The notes beneath the pieces are model-generated. The model saw only the letters and a list, made by a program, of their open reading frames with translations, was not told where the DNA came from and did not search any database. Shown here piece after piece: positions 1-8,254 of a stretch of DNA of 60,265 nt (positions within the stretch are counted from its first letter, which is position 1; each line of letters begins with the position of its first letter). The stretch is from an uncultured Planctomycetales bacterium (GTDB taxonomy: Bacteria; Omnitrophota; Gorgyraeia; Zapsychrales; JANLHA01), in contig CAZQQI010000010.1 of assembly GCA_964595465.1 (NCBI GenBank), forward strand, positions 1 through 60,265, in the 5' to 3' direction. The translations under genes and the position numbers were made by a program.

Positions 1-18
1 AATTTTCGGGAATTCTAA

Positions 19-576
19 TTGTCGTCAACAGGGTATTATAATTGTCGCTCATCACTGATAATCACTGATTTCGACATAAAGAGAGAAAAGGCTGAAAAAG
101 ACAGTTGCCTGCAGATCACAGACTTGAAAGACAGGCAGACTACTAATAAAACGATTGCCAACTATAATCCCGAAAAAGAAAAAATTGATAATATTAAAGG
201 GTGTTTTGATTGCGAGAATATATACGTTGTGTTTCAGTTTGAAGCGCTCGAAGGATATTATGCGACAAGTTTTGAAGAGGCGTTCATACTTTCTAATTAC
301 AATAACGATATTTTAAATAAGGCTTTATCGGTTGTGAAGCCGGGAATCTATAAAGAAATTGTCGGAGATCCCGCTGACAGGAACAAATTGAAGGAGGAAT
401 CTTATAAGTTGCAAAGCAGGCTTTCTAAGAGCAAAAGCGATTTTTCAAATGAATTGTTGTATGAAATGGTGATTTGTGAAGACCAGGATGCTATACCTGC
501 CCTGCCAAAATATATAGCGGATGGATTGGACTGGCTGCGTGATTCCCTTAAAAAACAGCTAAATGGGGGAGAGTAG
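19..576 (+). CDS. C-terminal TOPRIM-like part of an OLD-family (GajA-like) nuclease; partial or disrupted
   Basis: Lies 4 nt upstream of a UvrD-like helicase gene (stop 574-576, ATG 580). Has a DxD-like ITDFD near its start and a TSFEEAF segment resembling OLD/TOPRIM C-terminal motifs. The only start is TTG at 19 and there is an in-frame TAA at 16-18, so the upstream part is in another frame or off-window. Confidence 0.4.
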   Translation: MSSTGYYNCRSSLIITDFDIKREKAEKDSCLQITDLKDRQTTNKTIANYNPEKEKIDNIKGCFDCENIYVVFQFEALEGYYATSFEEAFILSNYNNDILNKALSVVKPGIYKEIVGDPADRNKLKEESYKLQSRLSKSKSDFSNELLYEMVICEDQDAIPALPKYIADGLDWLRDSLKKQLNGGE

Positions 577-579
577 ACA

Positions 580-2961
580 ATGAGTTTATCAAAAATGTCC
601 CCTGCTTATCAAAGGGAAGAGCTTGCAGTCCAAGCCCTTATTAATTCTCACATTGACAAGAATGAAAGCCTTGTTTTTAGTGCAGGAGCAGGAGCAGGAA
701 AGACATATGCTTTAACTGAGAGCTTAAAGCATATTATAAACGTGCATGGTGATAGGTTGGTGCGGCACAATCAAAAGGTAATTTGTATTACTTATACTAA
801 CGTTGCAACGAATGAAATCAAAGAACGTCTCGGGAACTCTGGTCTTGTCAAGGTTTCGACTATCCACGAAAGAATATGGGACTTGATTTATGGCTATCAA
901 AAGGAGCTTGTCAATATACATGTCGAAAAGCTTCAGGAAGAATTTGAACGTCTTAATTCTGACTTATACGACAGCATGGAAGAAAAAGAAGCGAAGCAAT
1001 TTAAAGCTTATCGTGAACTTTCTGATGTCGAAAAAGATGATTTCAGGACTGTGATTATAAATAATAAAAAGGAGTTTTTTAGGGCTTATGACAAACCTGC
1101 AAAAGAGTTTAAGTCTGCTCTTGAAAGCTTTATAGGGCAACATGTCGGTCTTTTAAGTAACGTGTCAAATTTTAAAAAGACAGTTAATACAATTTTCAGG
1201 ATTGAAAACTACAAGGATTGCTTGCAGAAAATTGACGAGGGAAAGGAAGGGTATGTCGGGGTTCGGTATGATGATAAATATAATCGTGACGTCCTGCATA
1301 GGATGATAATAAGCCATGACACCTTGCTTGAATATGCTCTTAAAATGGTTGAGAATCACGACTTGCTTAAGCGGGTTATTCTTGATAGTTACCCGTATAT
1401 GCTTATTGATGAATACCAGGATACTAATAAGCATGTGGTTGAAATAATGAGGCTTATTGAAGATTATTCAAAGAGCATTAAACGTAAGCTTTTTGTTGGG
1501 TATTTTGGGGATTCAGCTCAAAATATTTATGAAGACGGAGTTGGCAGCGAGCTGTTGTCTGTTCATCCAGGATTACAGGTTGTGAATAAGCAGTTCAATC
1601 GCAGGTCTCACTCCGAAATAATAGATGTCATAAACGAAATCAGGGCTGATGAGATAAAACAGAAGTCTATCTTTGAAGACTGTGACGGCGGGACTGTTAG
1701 GTTTTACACTGGGACAGATGAGAATAAGCAGCAATTCATAGAGGAATACAAAAAAAAGTGGGGAATCAATTCGGAAAATAAGCTTCATTGTTTGGTTTTG
1801 TTGAATAAATTTGTTGCAGAGTTTAATGGCTTTCCCGACATATACAGGTGTTTTGCGGATACTTCTTACTACAAGATTAATTATGATCTCCTGAACAATG
1901 AACTGCTCAGTAACGATTTGGCAAAACTTGGGGAAATTCCGAATTTATTTTATCGGATTCTTCAGTTTATTGACGACCTGAATGATAGTGGCACCCCGAT
2001 AACTAATTTTATTAACAAAAAGATTTATTCAAGAATGACTTTTAAGAAGATGAAAGAGCTGGTTTCTGTGTCAAAAAGTCTTAAGGGCGATTCGTTGGGC
2101 GAATACGTTGAGAATATCTTTGGGCAATATGTAAGTTCAGGAAATAGAGATTACATTAAGGTAATTAAAGAATTAATCGGTCTTGAGCGGTGTTCGCATC
2201 ATGATTTTACAAATCACCTTCTTGATAAGTTGTTTTTCAACATAGGAAACGGGAGGTGGGAAGAGTTTAAGCTTATGGTTTTTGAGCTGTTTGAGAGCGA
2301 TTTATTCTCAGAGGTGGACGAAAAAGAAATTGAACGGTTTAAATTGAAATTAGATGATTTTTTTGATGGAGAATATTTTTCGTCCATCGATATTCAGGAA
2401 GCGAATGACTTTAAGCAAAGGCTTGATGATTTCATAAAAGAACAAAAAATGTCCAGCATAAAGCCAAAAATTATGGATATGTTTATGAAAAAAATAGACG
2501 AAATTTTTAGAAATCAGATAATATCTTTGATAGATAAGGATGAGGTAGAAGTAGCTAAAACAAAGCTGGACGAACTCTTAGACATAGGATTAGATCAGTG
2601 GGGAATCTGGTATAATTTCATAAATAATAAACAAAAGTCGGAGGTTGAATATCATACTTATCATGGGACGAAAGGTGCTGAGTATGATAACGTCATAATC
2701 ATTATGGAAAATGATTTTGGGCGGATGAACAAGAACAAATTTTCTTCTTTCTTTAAGAATCGCAAGGATCTATCTGTCTTAGGGGAAGAAGAGCTGTTCA
2801 AATTCAATAATACAAAAAACTTGCTGTATGTTTCATGTTCCAGAGCAATTAAGAACCTGCGCATTTTATATCTGGATGACATTTCTGAGTTTAAGGACAG
2901 TATCGAAAGTATATTCGGACAAACAAGCATTTATGAACCCGATACAGTAAAGCTTGAATAA
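580..2961 (+). CDS. UvrD/Rep-type SF1 helicase (GajB-like), 793 aa, with a large internal insert
   Basis: Motifs seen: SAGAGAGKTYAL (Walker A), ITYTNVATNEIKERL (Ia), LIDEYQDTN (II), FGDSAQNIY (III), NRRSHSEI (IV), HGTKGAEYDNVIII (V) and LLYVSCSRAIKNL (VI). A D/E/K-rich helical insert of roughly 290 aa lies between motifs IV and V. Confidence 0.85.
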   Translation: MSLSKMSPAYQREELAVQALINSHIDKNESLVFSAGAGAGKTYALTESLKHIINVHGDRLVRHNQKVICITYTNVATNEIKERLGNSGLVKVSTIHERIWDLIYGYQKELVNIHVEKLQEEFERLNSDLYDSMEEKEAKQFKAYRELSDVEKDDFRTVIINNKKEFFRAYDKPAKEFKSALESFIGQHVGLLSNVSNFKKTVNTIFRIENYKDCLQKIDEGKEGYVGVRYDDKYNRDVLHRMIISHDTLLEYALKMVENHDLLKRVILDSYPYMLIDEYQDTNKHVVEIMRLIEDYSKSIKRKLFVGYFGDSAQNIYEDGVGSELLSVHPGLQVVNKQFNRRSHSEIIDVINEIRADEIKQKSIFEDCDGGTVRFYTGTDENKQQFIEEYKKKWGINSENKLHCLVLLNKFVAEFNGFPDIYRCFADTSYYKINYDLLNNELLSNDLAKLGEIPNLFYRILQFIDDLNDSGTPITNFINKKIYSRMTFKKMKELVSVSKSLKGDSLGEYVENIFGQYVSSGNRDYIKVIKELIGLERCSHHDFTNHLLDKLFFNIGNGRWEEFKLMVFELFESDLFSEVDEKEIERFKLKLDDFFDGEYFSSIDIQEANDFKQRLDDFIKEQKMSSIKPKIMDMFMKKIDEIFRNQIISLIDKDEVEVAKTKLDELLDIGLDQWGIWYNFINNKQKSEVEYHTYHGTKGAEYDNVIIIMENDFGRMNKNKFSSFFKNRKDLSVLGEEELFKFNNTKNLLYVSCSRAIKNLRILYLDDISEFKDSIESIFGQTSIYEPDTVKLE

Positions 2962-3083
2962 TAAATGGTGTCGTTTCTGGTAAAATGTTTATTTTCAATT
3001 AGTTAAGTTTGATTTTTTGTTTCGGAAAAATGAAATATAAGTTGTTGTTATTGTGACATTTATGAGAAACGACACCATTTTTT
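2960..3083. repeat. 124-nt dyad-symmetric repeat, copy 1
   Basis: Identical to 3466-3589 except one position (3058 a versus 3564 g) by manual alignment. The 16-nt termini aaatggtgtcgtttct (2963-2978) and agaaacgacaccattt (3065-3080) are perfect inverted repeats. The repeat starts at the helicase stop codon. Confidence 0.9.
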
Positions 3084-3146
3084 GCCATTTTTTGAAAAGC
3101 GGTGAGGGCTTTTAAATTCAATTCTTGTAAAATAAGGAGTGAAGAA

Positions 3147-3452
3147 ATGATTAATTTATCGGGACTCGAAATATTTTTTATTGTTACAACGATAATTTCT
3201 TTAGTAGTCAATATTATTCAATTTATTAAAATCTCCCCAATTTATAATGGTCTTTGCGGCTTAATGAATGATTGCCGAGTCAAAGCGAAATATTATACTA
3301 ATAATCCAAAGAATGAAGAGATCAACAAGAAAATTGTTGCTGATTTGGATGGTTTTGGACAACAGATTTATGGCTTATTAAAAACCATAAGAGAAAAAGA
3401 TAAAACTTTTTGTGCATATTCGGTTTTACAAGAAACAAAATTTAATCAATAA
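3147..3452 (+). CDS. Small single-pass membrane protein (101 aa from the ATG), unknown function
   Basis: AAGGAG at 3134-3139 lies 7 nt before ATG 3147. There is an N-terminal hydrophobic helix (LEIFFIVTTIISLVVNIIQFI) followed by a charged helical tail. The track ORF from GTG 3102 lacks an RBS. Confidence 0.5.
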   Translation: MINLSGLEIFFIVTTIISLVVNIIQFIKISPIYNGLCGLMNDCRVKAKYYTNNPKNEEINKKIVADLDGFGQQIYGLLKTIREKDKTFCAYSVLQETKFNQ

Positions 3453-3623
3453 ATGGTGTCGTTTCAATAAATGGTGTCGTTTCTGGTAAAATGTTTATTT
3501 TCAATTAGTTAAGTTTGATTTTTTGTTTCGGAAAAATGAAATATAAGTTGTTGTTATTGTGACGTTTATGAGAAACGACACCATTTTTTATTGTGACGTT
3601 TATGAGAAACGACACCATTTTTT
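3448..3623. repeat. 124-nt dyad repeat, copy 2 (core 3466-3589), with both termini tandemly duplicated
   Basis: The left 18-mer aataaatggtgtcgtttc occurs twice (3448-3465, 3466-3483). The right 34-mer attgtgacgtttatgagaaacgacaccatttttt occurs twice (3556-3589, 3590-3623). The stop codon of the small ORF (3450-3452) lies inside the first 18-mer. Confidence 0.9.
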
Positions 3624-3670
3624 CGATTTATCATATATCAAAATGATCGACTTTTTTATAAGGATTTTAA

Positions 3671-4387
3671 TTGAATAATGATTTAAATAAAAAAATTGAG
3701 TTATACTTTTTCGATTCTTCAAGCCCCCCGGAAGAGTACCAAAATTTTTATATTGATCATTTCAGTCAGAATATTACTGATTTTAATAATTATGTTTGTC
3801 GCTTTTCCCCACTGTATCAAGTCTTGAGAGATATTAAGTATTCTTTTGGCCATCTGAAAGGATTGCCCACAAAATTTGATTATCCATATAAAGCTGGAAT
3901 CATATTGATCAATATTGTATTGCACATAATAGCGAAAGACATTTATGGAATAAAATTGGGTAAAGGAGAAAAAACAAAAAAATTTATTCATGATTTTATG
4001 GGACTGGATTATGGGTCGGCGGAAGGTTTGAGATTTCTTCGTAATGCCTTAGAACATAGAGGATATACGTTATTTTATGAGGATACTCGAACCATTGAGA
4101 TTGGAACGGTTAAGCATAAAGAAAAAATAAAGTGTAATTTTTTATTTACTTTGGACCAAAACGTTGTTCTTCAAGTTAATTGTGATCAGGATGGAACAAG
4201 ACATTATCGAATCCAACCACGAAAACTTTTTACATTATTATTTAAGAGTGTAAAAAATTTAAAAAATGATTTATTGAGTGGGGGACGAGAAAGAGAAATT
4301 TCAATTTTTAAGAAAAGTTTTAATCCTGAAAGGTGGGTTGGGAGGCCGACTTCTTTGAATTTTAAGGTTGATTTAAAGAAATCCTAA
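3671..4387 (+). CDS. Hypothetical protein with an Rx4H (HEPN/Abi-like) motif, 238 aa
   Basis: TTG start preceded by AAGGA. The motif LRFLRNALEHRGY (R124-H129, nt 4040-4057) fits the HEPN RNase signature R-N-x3-H. I recognised no other family. Confidence 0.45.
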   Translation: MNNDLNKKIELYFFDSSSPPEEYQNFYIDHFSQNITDFNNYVCRFSPLYQVLRDIKYSFGHLKGLPTKFDYPYKAGIILINIVLHIIAKDIYGIKLGKGEKTKKFIHDFMGLDYGSAEGLRFLRNALEHRGYTLFYEDTRTIEIGTVKHKEKIKCNFLFTLDQNVVLQVNCDQDGTRHYRIQPRKLFTLLFKSVKNLKNDLLSGGREREISIFKKSFNPERWVGRPTSLNFKVDLKKS

Positions 4388-4469
4388 GGATGATTCATTA
4401 AGTAAGGTTAATTCATTGTTTTGAGATTGTAGCCAGTTGCAAAACTCGTCCACTTGGGGGAGTTTCTAT

Positions 4470-4522
4470 AAGCCCTCTGTAATTGTTTAGAAATAAACAT
4501 GTTATGGAGGGCTTCTTTTTTA
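4470..4522 (+). terminator. Candidate intrinsic terminator after the HEPN-like ORF
   Basis: 8-bp stem aagccctc/gagggctt with a long loop, followed by cttttttt. Confidence 0.4.
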
Positions 4523-4567
4523 CCAGTTGTAACAAGCGAACAAATGATGCATGTTTTAAAATAGTGC

Positions 4568-4595
4568 TTGACATTTTGATTTCATATGTTAGAGT
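4568..4595 (+). promoter_or_regulatory. Sigma70-like promoter for the DtxR-family gene
   Basis: TTGACA (4568-4573), 16-nt spacer, TAGAGT (4590-4595), about 30 nt upstream of ATG 4626. Confidence 0.45.
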
Positions 4596-4625
4596 GTTCC
4601 AAAATTTATTGATGATTCGAACTTT

Positions 4626-5129
4626 ATGCTTATGGAAAACACGACAAATAATTTAAGTTCAACAATGGAAGATTATCTCGAGGCCATCTACACCTTGAAA
4701 GAGGATGGCGGTGTCGCGCGAGTCGGTGAAATCGCAAAAAAGTTGAATGTACAAAGTTCAACGGTCAATTCTGCTATTAAGAATTTGACTGAACAAAATT
4801 TGGTTATTCATGAAAAATATGGTTATGTATCACTAACGAAAGAAGGTGATAAGCTGGCCGCGGAGGTCAAAGGAAAGCATGATATTTTGTTTCGGTTTCT
4901 TACGGAATTTTTAATGCTCAATGCCGAGGCAGCTGAAAAAGAAGCGTGCTGTATTGAACATGCCATCAGCAAAGAGACATTTATTCGTCTAACCAAGTTT
5001 TTTTCATTTTTAGAGCAAGGCTTCACTGATGAGAAGCCAAAAATATTACAATTATTTGAGGTGTATTTAAAAACAGGAAAACGTATGAAATGTGACTGTG
5101 AAGATAGAGATTGTCACAATAATAAGTAA
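4626..5129 (+). CDS. DtxR/MntR-family metal-dependent transcriptional repressor
   Basis: N-terminus MEDYLEAIYTLKE..GVARVGEIAKKLNVQSSTVNSAIKNL is a typical DtxR winged HTH. A dimerisation region follows, and the tail is Cys/His-rich (CDCEDRDCH). The gene lies directly upstream of feoAB. Confidence 0.85.
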   Translation: MLMENTTNNLSSTMEDYLEAIYTLKEDGGVARVGEIAKKLNVQSSTVNSAIKNLTEQNLVIHEKYGYVSLTKEGDKLAAEVKGKHDILFRFLTEFLMLNAEAAEKEACCIEHAISKETFIRLTKFFSFLEQGFTDEKPKILQLFEVYLKTGKRMKCDCEDRDCHNNK

Positions 5130-5138
5130 TATTTTTTT

Positions 5139-5152
5139 TAACTTAAAAGTTA
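5139..5152. promoter_or_regulatory. Candidate operator palindrome TAACTT-aa-AAGTTA upstream of feoA
   Basis: Perfect 6-2-6 inverted repeat 46 nt upstream of the feoA ATG. A near-identical site is at 7907-7920. Confidence 0.4.
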
Positions 5153-5197
5153 GATTAGTCGAAGTTTTTTATAACATTCTAAAAGAGGTGATTGATA

Positions 5198-5428
5198 ATG
5201 GAAAAAATAAGTGATTTAAAACCAGGTGATAAAGGCAAAATTAGAAAGATTGAAGCTTCCAGTAACCTAAGGAGAAAGCTACTAGATATGGGAATCATCC
5301 CGGGATCTCCATTTGAAATTGTTAAACTTGCTCCTTTGGGTGATCCGGTAGATGTCAAAATTAAGGGATACCACTTGTCATTGCGCAAGGAAGAAGCCGC
5401 GACAGTCTCGGTTGAAGTGGAGGGATGA
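5198..5428 (+). CDS. feoA: FeoA-family ferrous iron transport protein
   Basis: Small SH3-like protein (LKPGDKGKIRKI...LLDMGIIPGSPFEIV). AGAGGTG RBS lies 7 nt before ATG 5198. Confidence 0.85.
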   Translation: MEKISDLKPGDKGKIRKIEASSNLRRKLLDMGIIPGSPFEIVKLAPLGDPVDVKIKGYHLSLRKEEAATVSVEVEG

Positions 5429-5652
5429 TGACTCGATTAACAAGTATAAAATCCGGGAAGAAAGCCATATTGATATCTGTTGAAGGCGGACGATCTGCTG
5501 AAAAACGGCTTCTGGATATGGGATTAATCCCGGGAGAAGAAATTAAAATTATTAACAATTCAGGTATTGGCCCGGTGACGGTTACTTTAAAAGGCTCACG
5601 CGTAGCTTTAGGCCATGGCTTGGCCAGCAAGTTAATAGTGAAGGAGGCATAA
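5425..5652 (+). CDS. feoA: Second FeoA-family protein
   Basis: Contains LLDMGLIPGEEIKII...VTLKGSRVALG. Its start overlaps the previous stop (ATGA). Confidence 0.85.
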   Translation: MMTRLTSIKSGKKAILISVEGGRSAEKRLLDMGLIPGEEIKIINNSGIGPVTVTLKGSRVALGHGLASKLIVKEA

Positions 5653-5657
5653 AAGAC

Positions 5658-7745
5658 ATGTCAGGAATAAAGGACAAAATACTCATAGCTTTAGCAGGAA
5701 ATCCGAATTCAGGAAAATCAACAATATTTAACAATCTTACGGGAGCTCGTCAGCACGTCGGCAATTATCCCGGTGTGACCGTTGAGAAGAAAGAAGGTAA
5801 GGCAAAGTATAAAGGGTATGAAATGACCGTTGTTGATTTGCCGGGCACTTACAGTCTGTCCGCTAATTCAGAGGATGAACTTGTCGCGCGAGATTTTATT
5901 ATAAAAGAGAAGCCTGATGTGATCGTCCATATTGTGGACGCCTCTAATCTTGAGAGAAATTTATATCTTTACACACAACTTGCCGAACTTGATGTCCCTA
6001 TCGTTGTTGCTCTTAATATGAGCGATATGGTGGAATCAAAAGGACATACAATCGACTACGAAGAGTTGAAAAGGTTACTTGGAAAGCCTGTTGTCGCTAC
6101 AGTCGGCACAAAAAAGACGGGGATGGATCAATTGCTTGATACGATCATATCCTTAAATGAAAAACACATTAAAGTTGAAAAAACGCGTGTTGATTACGGT
6201 GAAGAGATTGATTTAGAGCATAAAAAGATTTGTAAATTACTGCATAAAGCAAAAAAAGAAATATCTGGTTTTCCGATCGAATGGCTGGCTATTAAGCTGC
6301 TTGAAAATGACCCCTCAGCTGTTGATGTAGCAAAAGGCCTTTCTCTCAAATCAGAAATACTTGATCAGGTGGAAAAAAGCAGGCACCATCTGCGCCAGCA
6401 TTTTGGTGATGACGCGGAAGTGATGATCGCGGATCGGCGTTATGGGTTTGTCAGCGGTGTATTTAATCAGGCGGTCAAGCAGACAGCTGAAGAACGGCAT
6501 GATCTTTCAGACAGGATCGATAAGGTGATTCTAAATAGATTTTTAGGGCTGCCGATTTTCGCGCTTGTTATGTACGGCATATTTAAATTCACATTTACAT
6601 TTTCTGAACCTGTTGTCGGGTGGTTTGAGGGAATGTTTGAATGGATGTCGGGAGTTGCTTCTTCTATTATTCCTGAAGGTTTGATCCAGTCATTTGTTGT
6701 AGACGGGATTATTGGGGGTGTCGGTGGGGTGCTTGGATTTTTCCCGTTGGTTCTTTTTATGTTCTTTGCCATTGCCTTCTTTGAAGATTCCGGCTATATG
6801 GCGCGCGCGGCGTTTGTCATGGATAGAATCATGCATAAATTCGGCCTTCATGGAAAATCATTTCTTCCTATGATGATATCAACGAATGGTTGCGCGGTTC
6901 CCGGAATTATGGCAACGCGCACATTAGACAGCAAAAAAGACCGTCTCATTACGATGATGGTAACGCCTTTTATGATTTGTGGGGCCAAGCTTCCGATATT
7001 TGCTTTATTCATCGGCGCTTTTTTCCCGGCAAAACACGGTGCCAATATGATGTTTTTAATGTATGCGCTCAGTGTCATTATTGCATTTGCATCAGGGTGG
7101 GTGCTTAAAAAGTTTGTTTTTAAAGGTGATACGGCTCACTTTGTCATGGAATTGCCGCCGTACCGTATCCCGACGATACAGGGATTGCTTCTTAAGATGT
7201 GGGAACGGGGCTGGCAATATGTTCAAAAAGCCGGAACGATCATTCTTCTCATTTCTATTCTTATTTGGGCGGGGTTTACTTTTCCTGAATATGAAGGAAA
7301 GGCTGGAATGAGTGAAGAGACTGTTGCCGCGATGCAAATGGAACAAAGTTTTGCGGGACAAATAGGGAAAGCTATTGAGCCGGTTGTTAAACCTTTGGGA
7401 ATGGATTGGAGAGGCGGGGTCGCGCTTATGGCTGGCGTCGCGGCCAAGGAAGTTGTGGTTAGTACATTTGGAACGATTTATTCTCTAGGTGAAGTTAATC
7501 CTGAAGGAACGGAGTCATTATCAGAATCACTGCAAAATGATCCGGTATGGAGTCCGTTAAAAGCATTGGCCTTTCTCATGTTTTCGCTGATTTATCTGCC
7601 GTGTTTTGTAGCAATGGCCGTGTTTTATCGAGAGTCGGGTTCAAGCTGGAAGTGGACAAGCTTTCTGGTTTTTTGGACAACGGTGATGGCCTGGGGAGCG
7701 GCTTTCATCGTTTATCAGGGCGGGTCTCTCCTGGGATTAGGTTAG
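5658..7745 (+). CDS. feoB: Ferrous iron transporter FeoB
   Basis: N-terminal G-domain with GNPNSGKST (G1), DLPG (G3) and NMSD (G4). A polytopic membrane domain follows, with the typical gate-motif regions. Confidence 0.95.
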   Translation: MSGIKDKILIALAGNPNSGKSTIFNNLTGARQHVGNYPGVTVEKKEGKAKYKGYEMTVVDLPGTYSLSANSEDELVARDFIIKEKPDVIVHIVDASNLERNLYLYTQLAELDVPIVVALNMSDMVESKGHTIDYEELKRLLGKPVVATVGTKKTGMDQLLDTIISLNEKHIKVEKTRVDYGEEIDLEHKKICKLLHKAKKEISGFPIEWLAIKLLENDPSAVDVAKGLSLKSEILDQVEKSRHHLRQHFGDDAEVMIADRRYGFVSGVFNQAVKQTAEERHDLSDRIDKVILNRFLGLPIFALVMYGIFKFTFTFSEPVVGWFEGMFEWMSGVASSIIPEGLIQSFVVDGIIGGVGGVLGFFPLVLFMFFAIAFFEDSGYMARAAFVMDRIMHKFGLHGKSFLPMMISTNGCAVPGIMATRTLDSKKDRLITMMVTPFMICGAKLPIFALFIGAFFPAKHGANMMFLMYALSVIIAFASGWVLKKFVFKGDTAHFVMELPPYRIPTIQGLLLKMWERGWQYVQKAGTIILLISILIWAGFTFPEYEGKAGMSEETVAAMQMEQSFAGQIGKAIEPVVKPLGMDWRGGVALMAGVAAKEVVVSTFGTIYSLGEVNPEGTESLSESLQNDPVWSPLKALAFLMFSLIYLPCFVAMAVFYRESGSSWKWTSFLVFWTTVMAWGAAFIVYQGGSLLGLG

Positions 7746-7748
7746 ATT

Positions 7749-7877
7749 ATGGAAAAGCTGATCATATTTATAATTATTTTTATCAGTTTTGTGCTGCTGA
7801 TCAAACATCTTAGAAAAGCAGCGAAAGGGGAAGATGGGTGTCAGGGGTGCGCCCATCAGAATAATTGCAAAAAGTAA
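7749..7877 (+). CDS. FeoB-associated Cys-rich membrane mini-protein (42 aa)
   Basis: This ORF is below the track cut-off: MEKLIIFIIIFISFVLLIKHLRKAAKGEDGCQGCAHQNNCKK. It starts 4 nt after the feoB stop and has a TM helix plus a CxxC...C tail, as in the FeoB-associated Cys-rich family. Confidence 0.7.
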   Translation: MEKLIIFIIIFISFVLLIKHLRKAAKGEDGCQGCAHQNNCKK

Positions 7878-7906
7878 ATTTTTTTGTTCTCTAATTTAGA
7901 TTGCTC

Positions 7907-7920
7907 TAACTTTTAAGGTA
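7907..7920. promoter_or_regulatory. Second copy of the candidate operator (TAACTT-tt-AAGGTA)
   Basis: One mismatch from a perfect palindrome. It lies just upstream of, and overlaps, the RBS of the 66-aa ORF and porin unit. Confidence 0.35.
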
Positions 7921-7933
7921 AGGAGGGCAGGCT

Positions 7934-8134
7934 ATGGAGGAAGCAAAGTTTTTAGCCAAAAGTTCAGCGGGAGATATTTCAAGATGTCCCGGAGGTTGTG
8001 TTCATGTAAATATTCCGGGTGTTTCATTACATATGACGGAATTGCAATTTGTTGCTGTATCACGATTGATGCAAGACGCCGCAACATGCCTTATGGACGG
8101 GGCTTTAAAAATATTACTTGATGATTCGAAGTAG
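7934..8134 (+). CDS. Hypothetical small protein (66 aa) in the feo locus
   Basis: Strong RBS (AAGGAGGG) before the ATG. Contains an RCPGGCVHV motif. I recognised no family. Confidence 0.5.
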   Translation: MEEAKFLAKSSAGDISRCPGGCVHVNIPGVSLHMTELQFVAVSRLMQDAATCLMDGALKILLDDSK

Positions 8135-8254
8135 GAAAGGAGTTGAATTATGTGTGGAAATTGTACATGCAATGGTAAATGCGGCGATAACTGTCAGTGT
8201 GAATCTGAAATAAAAAAGGCAAAATTAGAAAAAGAAAAAAGGAGGGAAATTAAA

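Noticed and set aside
2960-3623. Integron attC sites or a gene-cassette array. The ~124-nt imperfect-dyad repeats lie directly after stop codons and are similar in size to Vibrio VCRs.
   Set aside because: The termini do not contain the RYYYAAC / GTTRRRY core sites. Only two copies are present. No integrase is visible in the window, though upstream sequence is missing. I kept the cassette-like geometry as an observation but did not call it an integron.
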